From contig JBMYUM010000003.1 of NCBI GenBank assembly GCA_049605375.1, positions 1 to 35,286 on the forward strand: DNA of 35,286 nucleotides, given 5' to 3'. Numbering within the stretch: the stretch's first letter is position 1; the number at the start of each line of letters is the position of its first letter. The notes under the pieces were generated by a model that saw only the letters and a program-made list of their open reading frames with translations, was not told the origin of the DNA and made no database searches. The stretch is from Phycisphaerae bacterium (GTDB lineage: Bacteria > Planctomycetota > Phycisphaerae > UBA1845). A program made the position numbers and the translations under genes. Shown piece by piece: positions 18,735-27,323 of this stretch.

Positions 18735-20126
18735 CTAAAACTGGAAGTAAATGAACGGCCTGGCGTTTGGACTGAACAGTAGGACACACCAGAGGCCCAT
18801 GGCAGCGATCGCGCCCTGACCGACAGCCGGCACGCGCTGATCCAGAAAGTCCAGTAGCCGCCGCCAAGGCATCAGGTGAAGTACCGCACAGACCATGACA
18901 ATGGCCAGAATTCGCAAGCCGTGTATACGGGCCGGCGAGAAATCTGTTAGATTGGACAACATTTGTCCCACCTGCCCCACGCTTTCGCTACGGAACAACA
19001 GCCACCCCAGACACGTGACGTGGAACATCAGTATGACCTGAACCACGCGTACGGCGCCGGAGGACGATGGAATCTCACCCCGAACGTGCTTCCATGCACG
19101 CTCCGCACAGAGTAGCAGACCGTGAAAGAGCCCCCAGAGAACGAATGTCCAGGCCGCCCCATGCCACAATCCACCAAGGGCCATGGTGATCATGAGATTA
19201 CGCGACGTCAGCCATTTGGACCCTCGTGAACCACCGAGCGGAATATAGAGATAGTCCCGAAGCCAGGTCGAAAGCGAAATGTGCCAACGTCGCCAGAATT
19301 CGGATGGGCTCCGCGCAATGTAGGGTCGATCAAAGTTCTCCATGAATCGGAGCCCGAGCAGGTGCCCGATTCCGATGGCCATATCCGTATAACCCGAGAA
19401 ATCAAGGAAGATCTGGAAGGCATAGGCATACAAAGCAATCCACGCCGAAATGCCCGTGTAGCCGGTCGGATCAGCAAAGACCATATCAACGTACAGGGCC
19501 AGTGAATCAGCCAGAATCAACTTCTTGATCAGACCCTGGAGGAGTCGAAAGGCACCGTCCGTCAGTCGGATGTCGTCAGCCCGTCGATCCGTTGCCAACT
19601 GCGGCAGCAACACCGATGCCCGCATGATGGGGCCCGCAACCAACTGCGGAAAACAAGCGACATACAACGCAAACGTCATCCAGGATCGCTCGGCGCGTTC
19701 CCCACGGTAGACATCGATGGTGTATGACATAGTCTGGAATGTGTAAAACGAAATCCCCATCGGCAGGAGAATGTCGAGTGCCGGTCCACCGACAACGATA
19801 CCGAACTGGGCCATCATCGATGCGAAAGACGCGGTAAAGAACCCCAGATACTTGAAGGTTCCGAGTATGCCGAGGTTCGTAACCAAACTGAGAATAAGCC
19901 AGAGCCGCCGATGACCGGGCTCCGCCGAACGCTCAATGCGTTGAGCGGCCCAGAAGTCAACGAAGGTGCTGATCCACAGCAGACCCAGGAATCGCCAATC
20001 CCAGCAGCCGTAGAAGAAGTAGCTGCCGGCGAGCAAGATGGCGCGGCGCATCGATCCGCGTGTTGACCAATAGCCGGCCAACATGATCGGCAGGAACAAT
20101 GCAAACGCTGGACTGGTGAAAAGCAC
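18735..20126 (-). CDS. MBOAT family O-acyltransferase (AlgI/PatA-like)
   Basis: SYFFYGCW, LPMGISFYTFQTMSY, FPQLVAGPI, DFSGYTDMAIG, EFWRRWHISLSTWLRDYLYIPLGGSR, GLWHGA (catalytic His), C-terminal FIYFQF. Confidence 0.95.
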   Translation of the reverse strand: MLFTSPAFALFLPIMLAGYWSTRGSMRRAILLAGSYFFYGCWDWRFLGLLWISTFVDFWAAQRIERSAEPGHRRLWLILSLVTNLGILGTFKYLGFFTASFASMMAQFGIVVGGPALDILLPMGISFYTFQTMSYTIDVYRGERAERSWMTFALYVACFPQLVAGPIMRASVLLPQLATDRRADDIRLTDGAFRLLQGLIKKLILADSLALYVDMVFADPTGYTGISAWIALYAYAFQIFLDFSGYTDMAIGIGHLLGLRFMENFDRPYIARSPSEFWRRWHISLSTWLRDYLYIPLGGSRGSKWLTSRNLMITMALGGLWHGAAWTFVLWGLFHGLLLCAERAWKHVRGEIPSSSGAVRVVQVILMFHVTCLGWLLFRSESVGQVGQMLSNLTDFSPARIHGLRILAIVMVCAVLHLMPWRRLLDFLDQRVPAVGQGAIAAMGLWCVLLFSPNARPFIYFQF

Positions 20127-20338
20127 GGCTCGACCTCACGATCCAATCTGGATGCGGTGCGCATACACAGGGCGCACCGGCACGCTGGTTTATCGGAAGT
20201 TTGCCTATGGGAATCGACCTGCGCAGCGGAACGATCGTGGAGATGGGTGGAAAGCAATGTCACGCAGGAGGAACGGAACCGTTGTTTTCAGCACTGCCAT
20301 CCGCGAATCACGCGTAATGGCATACAAGCGGCATAGGA

Positions 20339-21313
20339 TCAGACGACACGGCGAGTGAGCAGGCTCCGAAGTGCACGAAAGTCCTCGGCAATCCGACGTT
20401 CTGGAAACAGCTTGAGAATCTCGTCACCGGCATCAAGCGCACGGGCATAGTCTCGAGCACGGACGGCCGCAGCAAATTCGGAACGCCAGTGGTCTTCGAC
20501 ATCAGCCTCCAGGGCAAGAAGCTGGGCGGACATCGGTTCGAGTAATGCGGCATCCAAGGCCTGCGACAGCGTGGCATGGATGACCCGACAAGCAGGCAGA
20601 TCCCGGTTTTCAATCGCCTGCTGCCATTCACGAAAGACATTGCGGGTTGTCACACCCTCCGAAACCTTCACGAGTTCCGAAGGACCACCATCTGCGGGCA
20701 GATCATCATCAAGCTGCTTGGCAAGTCGCGGAAATACACTCTGATCGAGCCGTGCGGCGGCCAGCCCTTCCGGTTGCCCAAGCCCCAGCGATGCAAGATC
20801 AAGCAGCGCAATCCGACCACTGGTTACAGCGTCCACGTGAGGATCCGATTTTGAACCTGACTTTCGCTGCCGCCCTTTTCGTGGCCGTGGATTTCCGACA
20901 TTCGATCGTTGCAGACGATCCAAGGCTGCCTTGTAGCTACGCACGGCGCCATCCAGCCGATGAACCTTTGATTCGAGTGACGATAGTCGACGCCGCCATC
21001 GACGCTGCGTTTGCAGCGACGCCAGGTTAGCGGCGAGAAGTTCACCCAGAAGTCGTACCATGAGCCGTCCCAGCCAGCATGCTGCCATCAGCAGCAGACC
21101 GGACACCACGCCGATCAGATTCCAGTCGAGGATAGCGAGCAAGACCAGACAAGCCGCCCCCCCAAACATAACAGCCAGCAGGCGAAATCCTGCCCGCACC
21201 GCCGTTCGAATCGCCCGGCGCGTTTGCAGGAGTGGTTCACCACGCGTTGTCGCCGTGTTCGACGTTTTCGGTTGATCACAGGAATCAGCCGGTTGCGCCC
21301 TTGCGCCATCCAT
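20339..21313 (-). CDS. Hypothetical membrane protein (two TM helices, coiled coil, helical C-terminal domain)
   Basis: 324-aa ORF whose ATG overlaps the manA TGA by 1 nt. Hydrophobic hairpin followed by a heptad-like segment. Confidence 0.7.
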   Translation of the reverse strand: MDGARAQPADSCDQPKTSNTATTRGEPLLQTRRAIRTAVRAGFRLLAVMFGGAACLVLLAILDWNLIGVVSGLLLMAACWLGRLMVRLLGELLAANLASLQTQRRWRRRLSSLESKVHRLDGAVRSYKAALDRLQRSNVGNPRPRKGRQRKSGSKSDPHVDAVTSGRIALLDLASLGLGQPEGLAAARLDQSVFPRLAKQLDDDLPADGGPSELVKVSEGVTTRNVFREWQQAIENRDLPACRVIHATLSQALDAALLEPMSAQLLALEADVEDHWRSEFAAAVRARDYARALDAGDEILKLFPERRIAEDFRALRSLLTRRVV

Positions 21314-22398
21314 CAGGAATCCCCTTTGGGAAGCCGAATTTCAACCAGCCCCGGATCAGGACGACCCGCCGATTGCGCCGCACCATGATCGATGGGTGCG
21401 TATTCACTCTCGGTTGGGAGCGTCACTTCAAGCCACATGCTGGCTTCTTCAATCTTGACCTGCCCCTCCTTCAAGGCAGATGGAAGCAGGAGAGTCTGAC
21501 CCGCGTGGAATTCAATCGGTGCCACACCTTTGGCACGAATACTTCCTTTCCCTTCCAGGACGATCCAGATGACCATCTGGCCATAGTCAAAAGGTTGCTC
21601 AACCCCTTCAACCATGCGTACCCGCTCAATGACAAATGAATCACACCGAACGAGGCTGGTCACCGCCGTCCACACACTTGCAACATGCTGCTTTTCTTCG
21701 CCCACGATAGGGCCCGAATCAAATGAGATGCACTCCATCGCCTCTTCAATGTGCAACTGACGAGGCTCGCCCGTCTTGGAATCCACACGATTGAAATCGT
21801 GCACGCGATAGGTGATATCTGAAGGCGTTTGAACTTCCGCAACAAGCACGCCCTTTCCCAGCGCATGCAGCGTTCCACTCGGAAGATAGTAGCAGTGACC
21901 CTTTCGTACCGGGATGTGCTGGAGGCAGGACTCAACCGTACCGTCATCGATCGCAGCTCTGAGTGCCGCACGATCGACACCTGGTTTCAAGCCTCGGTAT
22001 ATGAAACCGCCAGGCTCGGCATCGACGATGTACCAGGCTTCATTCTTGACGCGGACACGACCGCCCAGCCGTTTCGCCATGGCTTCATCCGGATGGACCT
22101 GAACGCTGAGCGTGTCATTGGCATCAAGGAGCTTGATCAGAAGCGGAAACCGGCCCTCGAACAGCGTCGCTCGGCCGAGCAGGTCAGCCCCCCAGGTCTT
22201 GACCAATTCCCCCAGCGGCACGCCCTTCGCCGGTCCCGCACAAACCACGGACTGATCATCTTCGAGATCGGCAATCTCCCACGACTCACCGATGGGCTCG
22301 TCACCGGGCAACAAACGACCGAAGGCCGTCTCGATTCGCCGACCTCCCCAGATCTTGGGTTTGTACAGGGGTTCAAAAAGGAGCGGGTATACATCCAT
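21313..22398 (-). CDS. manA: Mannose-6-phosphate isomerase, class I (cupin)
   Basis: KPKIWGG, IGESWE, FPLLIKLLDA..LSVQVHPD, KNEAWY, GTLHALG, EVQTPSDITYR. Confidence 0.92.
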   Translation of the reverse strand: MDVYPLLFEPLYKPKIWGGRRIETAFGRLLPGDEPIGESWEIADLEDDQSVVCAGPAKGVPLGELVKTWGADLLGRATLFEGRFPLLIKLLDANDTLSVQVHPDEAMAKRLGGRVRVKNEAWYIVDAEPGGFIYRGLKPGVDRAALRAAIDDGTVESCLQHIPVRKGHCYYLPSGTLHALGKGVLVAEVQTPSDITYRVHDFNRVDSKTGEPRQLHIEEAMECISFDSGPIVGEEKQHVASVWTAVTSLVRCDSFVIERVRMVEGVEQPFDYGQMVIWIVLEGKGSIRAKGVAPIEFHAGQTLLLPSALKEGQVKIEEASMWLEVTLPTESEYAPIDHGAAQSAGRPDPGLVEIRLPKGDS

Positions 22399-22474
22399 GG
22401 CAGTCTCACCTCAAACTGACGTTTTCACGCATGGTACCGTTCCGTTGGCGACCGGAAAACCGGGTGTCCTCGTT

Positions 22475-22504
22475 TTGACGCAATCCTACCTGCCGGAGTA
22501 GACT
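22475..22504 (+). promoter_or_regulatory. sigma70-type promoter candidate
   Basis: TTGACG (22475-22480), 18-nt spacer, TAGACT (22499-22504), upstream of the tRNA-binding gene. Confidence 0.5.
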
Positions 22505-22563
22505 TCCCCGTACACAGGATGGCCATGGTGGCTCAGTCATATTTTCAACGGAGCAGGTACAAC

Positions 22564-22974
22564 ATGTCGGACCAACCGCAGCCGGAAGCGCAGGCGAGCG
22601 ATCAAGCAAAGGCAGAATCGAAGGAAGAGGCTGCCCCGGCCAACCCAACGATTTCATTCGATGACTTTATCAAGGTGCAGCTGCGCGTCGGGAAGGTCAT
22701 CGAGGCCGGCGAACACCCGAACGCAGATAAGTTGTTGGTGCTGAAGGTCGATCTGGGCGACGAACAGCGTCAGATTTGCGCTGGCCTGAAGGGCTACTAC
22801 ACGCCCGATGAGCTACTCGGCAAGAATGTTGTCGTCGTGGCCAACCTCGCGCCGAGAATGATGCGCGGGCTGGAAAGCCAGGGTATGCTGCTGGCGGCGA
22901 GCGATGCCGATAAGGAAAAGGTGATTGTGGTCGGTCCGCACGCAGACATCGCACCGGGAAGTGGCGTCAGCTGA
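22564..22974 (+). CDS. Stand-alone tRNA-binding OB-fold protein (MetRS C-terminal/beta-subunit, Trbp111/CsaA family)
   Basis: ISFDDFIKVQLRVGKV, HPNADKLL, RQICAGL, VANLAPRMMRGLESQGMLLAA. GGAG SD before ATG 22564. Confidence 0.92.
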   Translation: MSDQPQPEAQASDQAKAESKEEAAPANPTISFDDFIKVQLRVGKVIEAGEHPNADKLLVLKVDLGDEQRQICAGLKGYYTPDELLGKNVVVVANLAPRMMRGLESQGMLLAASDADKEKVIVVGPHADIAPGSGVS

Positions 22975-23141
22975 GCCCTTCCCAAGGCAGCCCTGCGGCA
23001 AGACGACACGACCTCGGCCGTCATAGAGGATCGCAGGCAACTTTGACCCGATTTGCGGGTATGATGTAAACGTATGGTATGTTCTGGCCGATTGACGGCG
23101 GGCAGACCTCGTTGACCCGACGCGGAAAGGCAGGTGTGGCA

Positions 23142-23546
23142 ATGACCTCGGCCAACCGAAGCAACAGCTCATTATTCTTGCGGCTACCGTACCGCGCAAC
23201 CGGGCTCTTTCTGATTTGTTGCGGCCCGTTTCTGGCAGGTTGCCATGATGCCTATGATGCCGCCCTGCAGCAGCGTGAGGATCACATCCACAAGACCATG
23301 CGCTACTATTTCGAGCGCGAAAGCACACGACCGGTTTCGATCGAGCGAATCAACGGCTACACCGAACAGCTTCAGGCGATTTATCAGGAACGGCTGGAAC
23401 GAGCACTCCTTCGCATCGAAGAGCGCTCGAGGGCACGAAATGAGGAGTTCTGGGCCGGCGATCCGGAGCGGGACGCCCATTTTGAGGACAACGCCCGGGG
23501 CGACCTGAATTCCATGAACAAGGTGATCACCAACCTGACGCCATGA
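23142..23546 (+). CDS. Hypothetical lipoprotein, helical
   Basis: Lipobox FLAG-C followed by a charged helical region. Start uncertain (23079 or 23142). Confidence 0.65.
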   Translation: MTSANRSNSSLFLRLPYRATGLFLICCGPFLAGCHDAYDAALQQREDHIHKTMRYYFERESTRPVSIERINGYTEQLQAIYQERLERALLRIEERSRARNEEFWAGDPERDAHFEDNARGDLNSMNKVITNLTP

Positions 23547-23719
23547 CCGACGGTCTCGATCGGGCCTTTTTTGCCCCCGGGCTCGATCATCGCCGCTGCC
23601 AGGTCAAAAAAAATGCGGCGCCATCAGCCTCCCTGCTTCAAGCCGCCGCGGTTACGCAATCGTTAGATTTTGATTCCCATAGGCTCCGTCCCTTGGAAAT
23701 CGAATAAGGTCGGTGGCGA

Positions 23720-23947
23720 TCAGAAATCGCTGACCTGAGATGACAACCAGTCTCCCAGATCAACATCACTGCCACGTGAGCTGCCGCCATTGCCGAGTTC
23801 GCGTGTCACGACTTCGATGCCAGACAGAACAGCGGAAACCTGATCTGCGCTGCAACCCGTCGCCAGCACCATGCCACTCGCGGAAGCGGCTGCGATTCGT
23901 CGGACCAATGTCCAGCTCTTGCCGTTTATGGTGGTTTGATTCATCAT
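23720..23947 (-). CDS. Small hypothetical lipoprotein (75 aa precursor)
   Basis: GGGAG SD then ATG 23947. RR plus hydrophobic stretch ending LATG-C, then a short amphipathic mature peptide. Confidence 0.6.
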   Translation of the reverse strand: MMNQTTINGKSWTLVRRIAAASASGMVLATGCSADQVSAVLSGIEVVTRELGNGGSSRGSDVDLGDWLSSQVSDF

Positions 23948-24014
23948 TTTGCTCCCAAGGTTCATCAGCGTTCCGAACGGTTGCATTGCCGACCTGAACG
24001 CCTGTTCAATTGGT

Positions 24015-24042
24015 ATATCGGACGCCCACCGATAATACTTTA
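24015..24042 (-). promoter_or_regulatory. sigma28 (FliA/SigD)-type promoter candidate for the small lipoprotein
   Basis: Minus strand reads TAAA-N16-TCCGATAT, close to the TAAA-N15/16-GCCGATAW consensus. Confidence 0.45.
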
Positions 24043-24126
24043 CCCATTTTAACCAAAACCCCCTTTTTATCGGATGGCCTGATAATTACGGCTTCGGCTG
24101 TAGCTCTTCAAACAACCGAATAGCTG

Positions 24127-24265
24127 CGGTTCCGGGAGGTCATAGCCTGGAAACGGGATAGGAACCGGGCACCCCAAAGAGAACAGGACACCCAAGAGCA
24201 GGCTCCGGAACGCCCCAGACTCTCATTGGGTCCCCAGCCGTCTCGCGGCGGGCACCGCCTTTGGG
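24127..24265 (+). ncRNA. Candidate structured RNA of unknown family
   Basis: Nested helices CGGTTCC/GGAACCG, CCTG-GAAA-CGGG, CCCAAAG/CTTTGGG, ACCCAAGAG/CTC(A)TTGGGT and GCCG/CGGC in a region with no credible ORF. Confidence 0.3.
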
Positions 24266-24444
24266 AAGGAAATGAAGAACAACGAACTGCCGGCCACGAA
24301 CTGCAGGATACAAAAGCAACGCCTAACACACTCTGCCAGGAGACGAATCCAACGAGGGACACGCTTTGTGAATGACCAACAGAATCGCTGGACCTGACGC
24401 GATCTTCCGGAGCGTCAAATCACGTCGCACGCCCACGTTCATGG

Positions 24445-24473
24445 TTGCGTTGCGCGTAACCCGCCCATATTAT
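24445..24473 (+). promoter_or_regulatory. sigma70-type promoter for metK
   Basis: TTGCGT (24445-24450), 17-nt spacer, TATTAT (24468-24473). GGAGG SD at 24528-24532. Confidence 0.55.
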
Positions 24474-24541
24474 GGGAGTTTGGCAATCGGACGGCCGTCG
24501 ACCGTCCTGATCAAACACACCGAGAACGGAGGTTAGTGGTA

Positions 24542-25771
24542 GTGGTCGAGGAAGTACGCAGGAATCTCTTTACATCTGAATCAGTTTCCATGGGCCACCC
24601 CGACAAGGTTGCAGACCAGATCTCGGATGCCATCCTGGACAGCCTGCTGGAACATGATCCGGCCGCCCGCGCCGCTGTCGAAACGATGGTCGCCACTGGG
24701 CTCGTCGTCGTCGCTGGGGAAGTAACCGTTCATAACGAAGCCGCGCAACGTGCCCTCGAGAATGTCGAAGACACCATCCGCGATACCATCCGCAAAATCG
24801 GCTATACCGACCCTGAAATCGGCTTTGACTACCGAAGCTGTGCCGTCCTGAGGGCGCTTCATCGTCAATCGGTCGACATCAGCCAGGGTGTGACCGCCGG
24901 TAAGGGACTGCACCAGGAACAGGGTGCCGGTGACCAGGGCCTCATGTTCGGTTTCGCCTGCGATGAAACAGAAGCCCTGATGCCGCTTCCCATTCACCTG
25001 TCGCACCGCCTCGTCGAACGTCTCGCCGAAGTTCGTGAATCAGGCGAACTGAACTGGCTCCGACCTGATTCAAAATCCCAGGTAACAGTCACTTACGAAG
25101 GGCAGACGCCTGTCGGCATCGATACCATCGTAATCTCGACGCAGCACACCGAGGAAGTGGTTGACCCGGCTACCGGCAACATGAATGACGCCGCGACGAA
25201 GCAGATCCGCGAATTGGTCATCAACCCGGTTGTGCAGCGTGAATTCCCGTCGGCTTCGCTCGACGATGTGACCTTCCATATTAACCCGACCGGTCGATTC
25301 ATCATCGGTGGTCCCCATGGCGATTCGGGCCTCACAGGGCGCAAAATCATCGTGGATACCTACGGTGGACGTGGCCGTCACGGCGGCGGCGCATTCTCGG
25401 GTAAGGACCCGTCCAAGGTTGACCGCTCAGCGGCCTACATGGCTCGCCACATTGCCAAGAACATCGTCGGCGCCGGGCTGGCTCGTCAATGCGAGGTCCA
25501 GCTTGCCTATGCTATCGGTGTCGCCGAACCGGTCAGCGTTTTCGTGGACACCTTCGGTACCGGCGAGATTGAAAACGCTCTGCTCGATCAGATCGTCCGC
25601 GATACGTTCCCGTTGAAGCCGGCTGACCTGATCGAATACCTTCAGCTCCGTCGCCCGATCTACCGCGAGACCGCCCGACACGGGCACTTCGGCCGACCCG
25701 GCTTCAGCTGGGAAGAGTTGAGCAAGGTGGATGCGCTCCGTGCCGCAGCTAAGCAGACGCAGGCTGTTTAG
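24542..25771 (+). CDS. metK: S-adenosylmethionine synthetase
   Basis: [78 protein letters not shown] start at 24542 (or 24536). Confidence 0.98.
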   Translation: MVEEVRRNLFTSESVSMGHPDKVADQISDAILDSLLEHDPAARAAVETMVATGLVVVAGEVTVHNEAAQRALENVEDTIRDTIRKIGYTDPEIGFDYRSCAVLRALHRQSVDISQGVTAGKGLHQEQGAGDQGLMFGFACDETEALMPLPIHLSHRLVERLAEVRESGELNWLRPDSKSQVTVTYEGQTPVGIDTIVISTQHTEEVVDPATGNMNDAATKQIRELVINPVVQREFPSASLDDVTFHINPTGRFIIGGPHGDSGLTGRKIIVDTYGGRGRHGGGAFSGKDPSKVDRSAAYMARHIAKNIVGAGLARQCEVQLAYAIGVAEPVSVFVDTFGTGEIENALLDQIVRDTFPLKPADLIEYLQLRRPIYRETARHGHFGRPGFSWEELSKVDALRAAAKQTQAV

Positions 25772-25835
25772 CCAAACGCAAGAGAATCCAAGGTCGGCTT
25801 GACGAGCGACCAGCTTCTGGTGGAAAATCGGGACA

Positions 25836-26705
25836 GTGACGCATCTGACCATCTACGATCAGATGCGTCGACGACCAGACTACGTGAATTTCATGCTCAC
25901 GGCGCAAGCAAAATTCACAGCCTGCGAGGAACCGGTTTTGACCAGTGTAACCACACTTTCCGGCGCGTTTGAGGCGGTGCTCTTCGACCTCGGCGACACG
26001 ATCATCCATTTTGAGACGCAGCGTATCACTGCGATCCTCAATCGATCATGCCGTACGGGGTACGATCGCTTGCTCAAAAGCGGTCATCAGCTTCCCAAAT
26101 ACGATCGCTACTTCAGCGCGCTGCGACGGCGACTGCTCACCGACTGGCTATGCTCGCAGCTGACCCGACGCGAAGTGCAACTCGTCCCGTCCCTCGATCG
26201 CGTGCACCGAAGGCTCGGTGCCAACCTCACCGATGCCGAACTCGCAGACGTTATGCGCGACGCTTCAACTCCCGTTATTCAAGGCATGATGACGGTCGAT
26301 GAAGAAGCACACCATGTTTTGCAGGAACTTCGCAATTTGGGGCTCTTCCTCGGGGTCGTTTCCAATACCTGCTTCCCGGCAGAATCCATCGACGATTACT
26401 TGAGCGCGCACGGACTGCTTGAGTTTTTCCCGTTGCGGATCTATTCCTCAGACGTTCGATACATGAAACCCAGCCCGCACATCTTCCATAAAGCACTCGA
26501 CCAGCTGAACGTGACGGCAGCGTCAAAGGTCCTGTTCGTGGGAGATCGGCTCGACACGGATGTAAAAGGCGCGTCGCGCGTAGGCATGAAAACCGTCCAC
26601 TTTCGGCGCAACGGCAATGGTCGCCGCCGTAATTGGCTGGTTCGTCCCGACTATCGCATCGACTCCCTTTCTGAGATTCTTCGGATCGTCAACCCCGCCG
26701 ATTAG
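25836..26705 (+). CDS. HAD-superfamily hydrolase (subfamily IA)
   Basis: AVLFDLGDT (motif I), VVSN (II), KPSPHIF (III), FVGDRLDTDVKGA (IV). The true start may be downstream of 25836. Confidence 0.88.
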   Translation: MTHLTIYDQMRRRPDYVNFMLTAQAKFTACEEPVLTSVTTLSGAFEAVLFDLGDTIIHFETQRITAILNRSCRTGYDRLLKSGHQLPKYDRYFSALRRRLLTDWLCSQLTRREVQLVPSLDRVHRRLGANLTDAELADVMRDASTPVIQGMMTVDEEAHHVLQELRNLGLFLGVVSNTCFPAESIDDYLSAHGLLEFFPLRIYSSDVRYMKPSPHIFHKALDQLNVTAASKVLFVGDRLDTDVKGASRVGMKTVHFRRNGNGRRRNWLVRPDYRIDSLSEILRIVNPAD

Positions 26706-26708
26706 GTC

Positions 26709-27323
26709 ATGCAGCTCGAACTTGCGCCCGAACGACTCCTTGCCGCCTATGCGGTAGGCATTTTCCCGATGGCCGACGAAGAGGGCGAACTGCGGTGGCT
26801 CGCTCCCAACCCTCGCGCCGTCATCGAACTCGACGAATTTCGCACCACCCGATCGCTTCGTGCGGTCGTTCGACGTGGCGAATTTGATGTCCGCATCAAC
26901 CATGACTTCCCCACGGTCATGCGGTGTTGCGCCGATCGACCCGAAGGAACCTGGATTTCTGCGGAGATTCGTGAAGCCTATTGCCGATTGCATGAACTGG
27001 GATTCGCTCACAGCGTGGAAACGTGGAAAGATGGGCGCCTGTGTGGCGGGCTCTATGGCGTGTCACTCGGCGGTGCCTTCTTCGGCGAATCGATGTTCCA
27101 TCGCGTGACCGATGCCTCAAAAGTCGCACTGGTCGCGCTCGTCGAGCACATGCGCGAACGACGATTCGCACTGCTCGACATCCAGTTCGTGACCGATCAC
27201 CTCAAACGCTTCGGAGCGATTGAGATCCCTCGCGCAGCGTACGAACAACGGCTGGCCAAAGCCGTTCGCATGCGACGAACTTTTGTCGATGATGATGAGG
27301 ACGACGTTGACGGCGATTCCTGA
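26709..27323 (+). CDS. aat: Leucyl/phenylalanyl-tRNA--protein transferase
   Basis: LLAAYAVGIFPM, PNPRAV, TWI, LHELGFAHSVETW, GGLYGVSLGGAFFGESMF, DASKVAL, LDIQF.T.HL. Confidence 0.96.
   Translation: MQLELAPERLLAAYAVGIFPMADEEGELRWLAPNPRAVIELDEFRTTRSLRAVVRRGEFDVRINHDFPTVMRCCADRPEGTWISAEIREAYCRLHELGFAHSVETWKDGRLCGGLYGVSLGGAFFGESMFHRVTDASKVALVALVEHMRERRFALLDIQFVTDHLKRFGAIEIPRAAYEQRLAKAVRMRRTFVDDDEDDVDGDS

Noticed and set aside
23606-23649. A8 run plus GCGGCG/CGCCGC as a minus-strand terminator
   Set aside because: The 23-nt loop is too long for a confident intrinsic terminator call.
24108-24362. 84-aa minus-strand ORF in the intergenic region
   Set aside because: No SD, atypical Ser/Cys/Trp-rich composition and no motif. 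The region is better explained as non-coding.
24120-24535. SAM-I, cobalamin or SRP RNA upstream of metK
   Set aside because: No SAM-I ATC..GAG/GCAACC/GTGC core. Only isolated GGGAAGG and GCCAGGAGAC words without the cobalamin CCCGCAACTGT box. The minus-strand GTCAGGTCC is not followed by the SRP GNRAGGAAGCAGC.
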